A stretch of 62,939 nt of DNA, the filler included, from Asterionella formosa (Eukaryota), in assembly GCA_002256025.1 (NCBI GenBank). It is 14 parts of 14 records of this genome, joined end to end, with 100 filler letters (N's around TTAATTAATTAA, not from the genome) between each part and the next. Parts side by side here need not be neighbours in the genome. Positions count along the whole stretch, not along the records: positions 58,550 to 62,939 come from NKIB01013553.1; 13 more parts are not named here. The stretch is one strand, 5' to 3'. A program made the position numbers and the translations under genes. The notes under the pieces are model-generated. The model was not told the origin of the DNA and searched no databases. It saw only the letters and a program-made list of their open reading frames with translations. Position 1 is the first letter of the stretch; each line of letters begins with the position of its first letter. Of this stretch, positions 59,976 to 62,939 are shown piece by piece.

Positions 59976-60082
59976 CCTGTTTTAACATCTTGACAAGCAA
60001 TGTTTACACCAATTGTAGTGCAACTGGTATTGATTTACTAATTGAATAACTTACTTTTAACTAATGATTATTAAATATAAAT

Positions 60083-61354
60083 TTACCATCCCTTTCCATA
60101 AGAATCAAGCAAAAATGAAACTAGAGATGGAGGGATACGATTCTTTCCATAGGCCTTTGTGTTAATGGCATTCCCAGCTCGTTTCCTGGTCGCAACTGAG
60201 TTTTTCTTGGGAGTGGAACCAGGGGACAGGTACATATGAAGTCTCAAAGCTCCATTGGTGAGGTGATTGTCCATAGCACCCGCATGAACTGTATCACCCC
60301 GCATTAAAAATATGCACTTGAAAGGAATGCAAAGTAGCATTGCATGTTGATTCTCTGCTGCTTTACCTTTTCGATCTAAGTCAAAGTTCCAGTCAAATGA
60401 CTCTCCATCCCAGACATTTATGGAGAACCCACCAGAACCGAGGGACATATCCAATCCCCAAGGAAGGCACATGTCAACATCATTGATTACCAGCTCTGTA
60501 TGCTGGCTGGTAGTCAAAATGTGGCTCTTGACGAACCGTTGACAAATTGACATTAGTGTGCAATTTTGTATAGGTATGTGGCATACCTTTGCTGACATTG
60601 GTTGCGTTACCTGCTACAAATGGGGGCTGCATAACAGAAAAGGGAATGGTGACCATTGACAACATTTTCCAAAAGTGGTTCACATTGTCGTGTGATGTGG
60701 GGTCCGAGATCTTCATTTTGTCAGTGAATGGGCCATGATATGCAACCAACGACATTGCCCCGCCTGTCATCTGCCTGAAGCATTCAGCAATGATCCTCTT
60801 TGTCCGGAAAGAAGCCCTAATAAGCGACCAAGTCTCCTGATCTGTACCGACTTGACACATAATCTGCTGTTGGCCGATGTCCAGGAAAGGACAGTTTTTG
60901 GTCAAAAAAAAGGTGTCTGGAAGAAAGGACAAGTTTAACACAAATGCCTTATCAGGTGGAACACCAGAAATCTGGAGCATCGTATCATCTTCCGTGATAT
61001 AAGACACAGCTTTCATGGCTTCAGCAATTTTTTCAAGAAAGAAGAGGAGATCATCAATGCGTCGACATTTGAATGAGGGCCTGGAATCGTCTTTGAAGGA
61101 GAACTTCATAGCCGCTTCACGTTTGCGAGGTGTAATGACAAGTACATGCCATCCCAACTTCTTTCCGCCCTTTTTTTGATAACTAATAACGACCTGATTT
61201 TCTCCACTCTTTCAAACATGATGAGAAGTAGTTTATCCACATCCAACGCCACATTCTTGTTGGCTCCGAGGTGACCTTGTAGGAAAAAGCGAAGTAACTT
61301 ACGGTCTGAGTTCTCCATATTTTTATATAGCAACACTCCAAGTTTCCACTTCAT
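60083..61354 (-). pseudogene. Frameshifted gene ending in a 2OG-Fe(II) dioxygenase-like domain
   Basis: Overlapping ORFs join to give RQEPHFD (HxD) ... RGDTVHAG ... RLHMY. Confidence 0.55.
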
Positions 61355-62093
61355 GACAAAACGATTGGCGTTTTCACGAAGTGGGACTGGAATAATTGAG
61401 ATGTCTTTCCCAAGTCAGGTGGCAGTTAAGCTTTTCAAGACGAACATTGTCGTTTTTTGGTAAAAAATGTTGAATGAATATGTCGTATGTGGGTGAGCAG
61501 CAACATGGAATACCACATCACTATTACCGGCGGTTCTGCACAGCTGGCCACACTGGTATACACGAATCAAGAAGCAGTTGCATTCTACACAATTGCGACA
61601 TAAAACAAAAGTAAAATTTTTAATGTGGCCATAAACAGTGGTCATTACAAGGAACACACATACCGGTATACCCAGTACCAGGTACCAGTAACATGATATG
61701 TATATATGACAATGTAAGTAACAGGACAATGGGTATTTACTAACTCTGGCTGAGTGCGGCTAGAGTTAGATAATCTTTATCGGGGTGAGTAGAATGTATT
61801 GAAAAGTACATTACCTACACCAATATAATATAATATTTTGATAATATTATTTATTGAGGTATTCAATTCCATATTAGTGGTACTAATTATTGTTACTACT
61901 ATTCTGCTCGTCTGAAGCAAGCATTGCGGCTAATGCGCGATCGCTTACTTGCTTCTGTACACTCAAGTTGTGCGGTATACAGATAATCAGGAAAATAATC
62001 GAGAAGAATGCTGGGCGACTCGTGATTTAGACCACGAGCAACGAACTGTGCGGCAATCCGATCAATCTTGATCTTAATCCAGACCTCATCCTT

Positions 62094-62370
62094 CTAAAGG
62101 GATTTGAAGTATTCAGGTAAAGGAGAAGTATTGTCCAAAGGAACGATTTTCTTGATTTTGGAAGGCTTCCCGGCATGTTCGAGAACTGATTTATTGGAGA
62201 CCCTGTCGTACACATTGACCAACGCTTTTGCCTTCGTGTAGTGTACAAACTGGCCAATTTCGCCAGCATAATTACCCTTCAATACGGAAACTAGATCACT
62301 CGTCTCCAGAGAAAGGTATTGATCTTCGTTCCGAATAGACGACAGGTTGGGGTTCGGGAGGCACTCATAA
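62094..62370 (-). pseudogene. Short KOW-like coding remnant
   Basis: SDLVSVLKGNYAGEIGQF resembles the KOW motif. Confidence 0.25.
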
Positions 62371-62939
62371 TTATCATGTACTCTACTACCGGTATATAGC
62401 AGTATTTGTGTACACGATAAACTATTGCATCATGTACCATGTAAACATAGTAGATATCGCATTTATGACTATATTTAACCCCCTACTCAAGATTCCATAA
62501 AAATATTTACCACGACAATTAGTACCTACACGAAACTCACTACAAAATTGATGTAGAGTATTTTCTTGCATCTTGAAATGTTGTAGTACCCTCTCCGAGA
62601 ATACTGTCGCTCAAGTTTTCTCATCTATTTCTACAAAACATAGAAAACCTTATCTAGTCAAAGTTATCAAGCTAGTCACCGCGGACTTAGCCCTGTCACG
62701 TTTTTGGTCATATCTTTGAAACTGAGCAACTGACGACCAAAAAACTTTCAGCGCCGATTTCAAGTTTTTGTTGTATGTTAATCTGCATACACATGCGAAA
62801 TAGTAATTGTTCATTGTCAATATTCGTGAAGCTATTCAAACCCATAATTTCGTCATGGTCAAGATGGAGTTGCTGTCTCATCGACCCCATACCACACCAG
62901 GCAGCTGTACAAACACTCATGGAGCAAAGGACTGCCTGA

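Overview
This window is not one locus. It is 14 unrelated contigs of about 4.4 kb each, joined by 13 artificial 100-bp linkers (44 N + TTAATTAATTAA + 44 N). The DNA is from an AT-rich, TE-saturated eukaryote, most likely a diatom or other photosynthetic stramenopile. Evidence for this is short GT-AG introns, signal peptide + 'AF' plastid-targeting motifs, diatom-type LRR receptors, and Crypton, copia and gypsy remnants. Host genes include an AAA ATPase, two plastid-targeted proteins, two LRR receptor-like genes, a membrane protein and a secreted double-cysteine-knot peptide. Mobile DNA includes two Crypton-type tyrosine recombinases, PIF/Harbinger families (one carrying a host-like gene fragment), TTAA-targeting Kolobok-like families, a Tc2/pogo-like MITE, and copia and gypsy pieces. 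The strongest signal is a recurrent 6-bp insertion, TA -> TA-CCGG-TA. I count about 34 copies by eye, and paired repeat copies show it to be an insertion. It matches the ends of the TA-CCG...CGG-TA MITE, which suggests pervasive transposon excision footprints that stack into palindromes and add codons in frame. All counts and alignments were made by eye.
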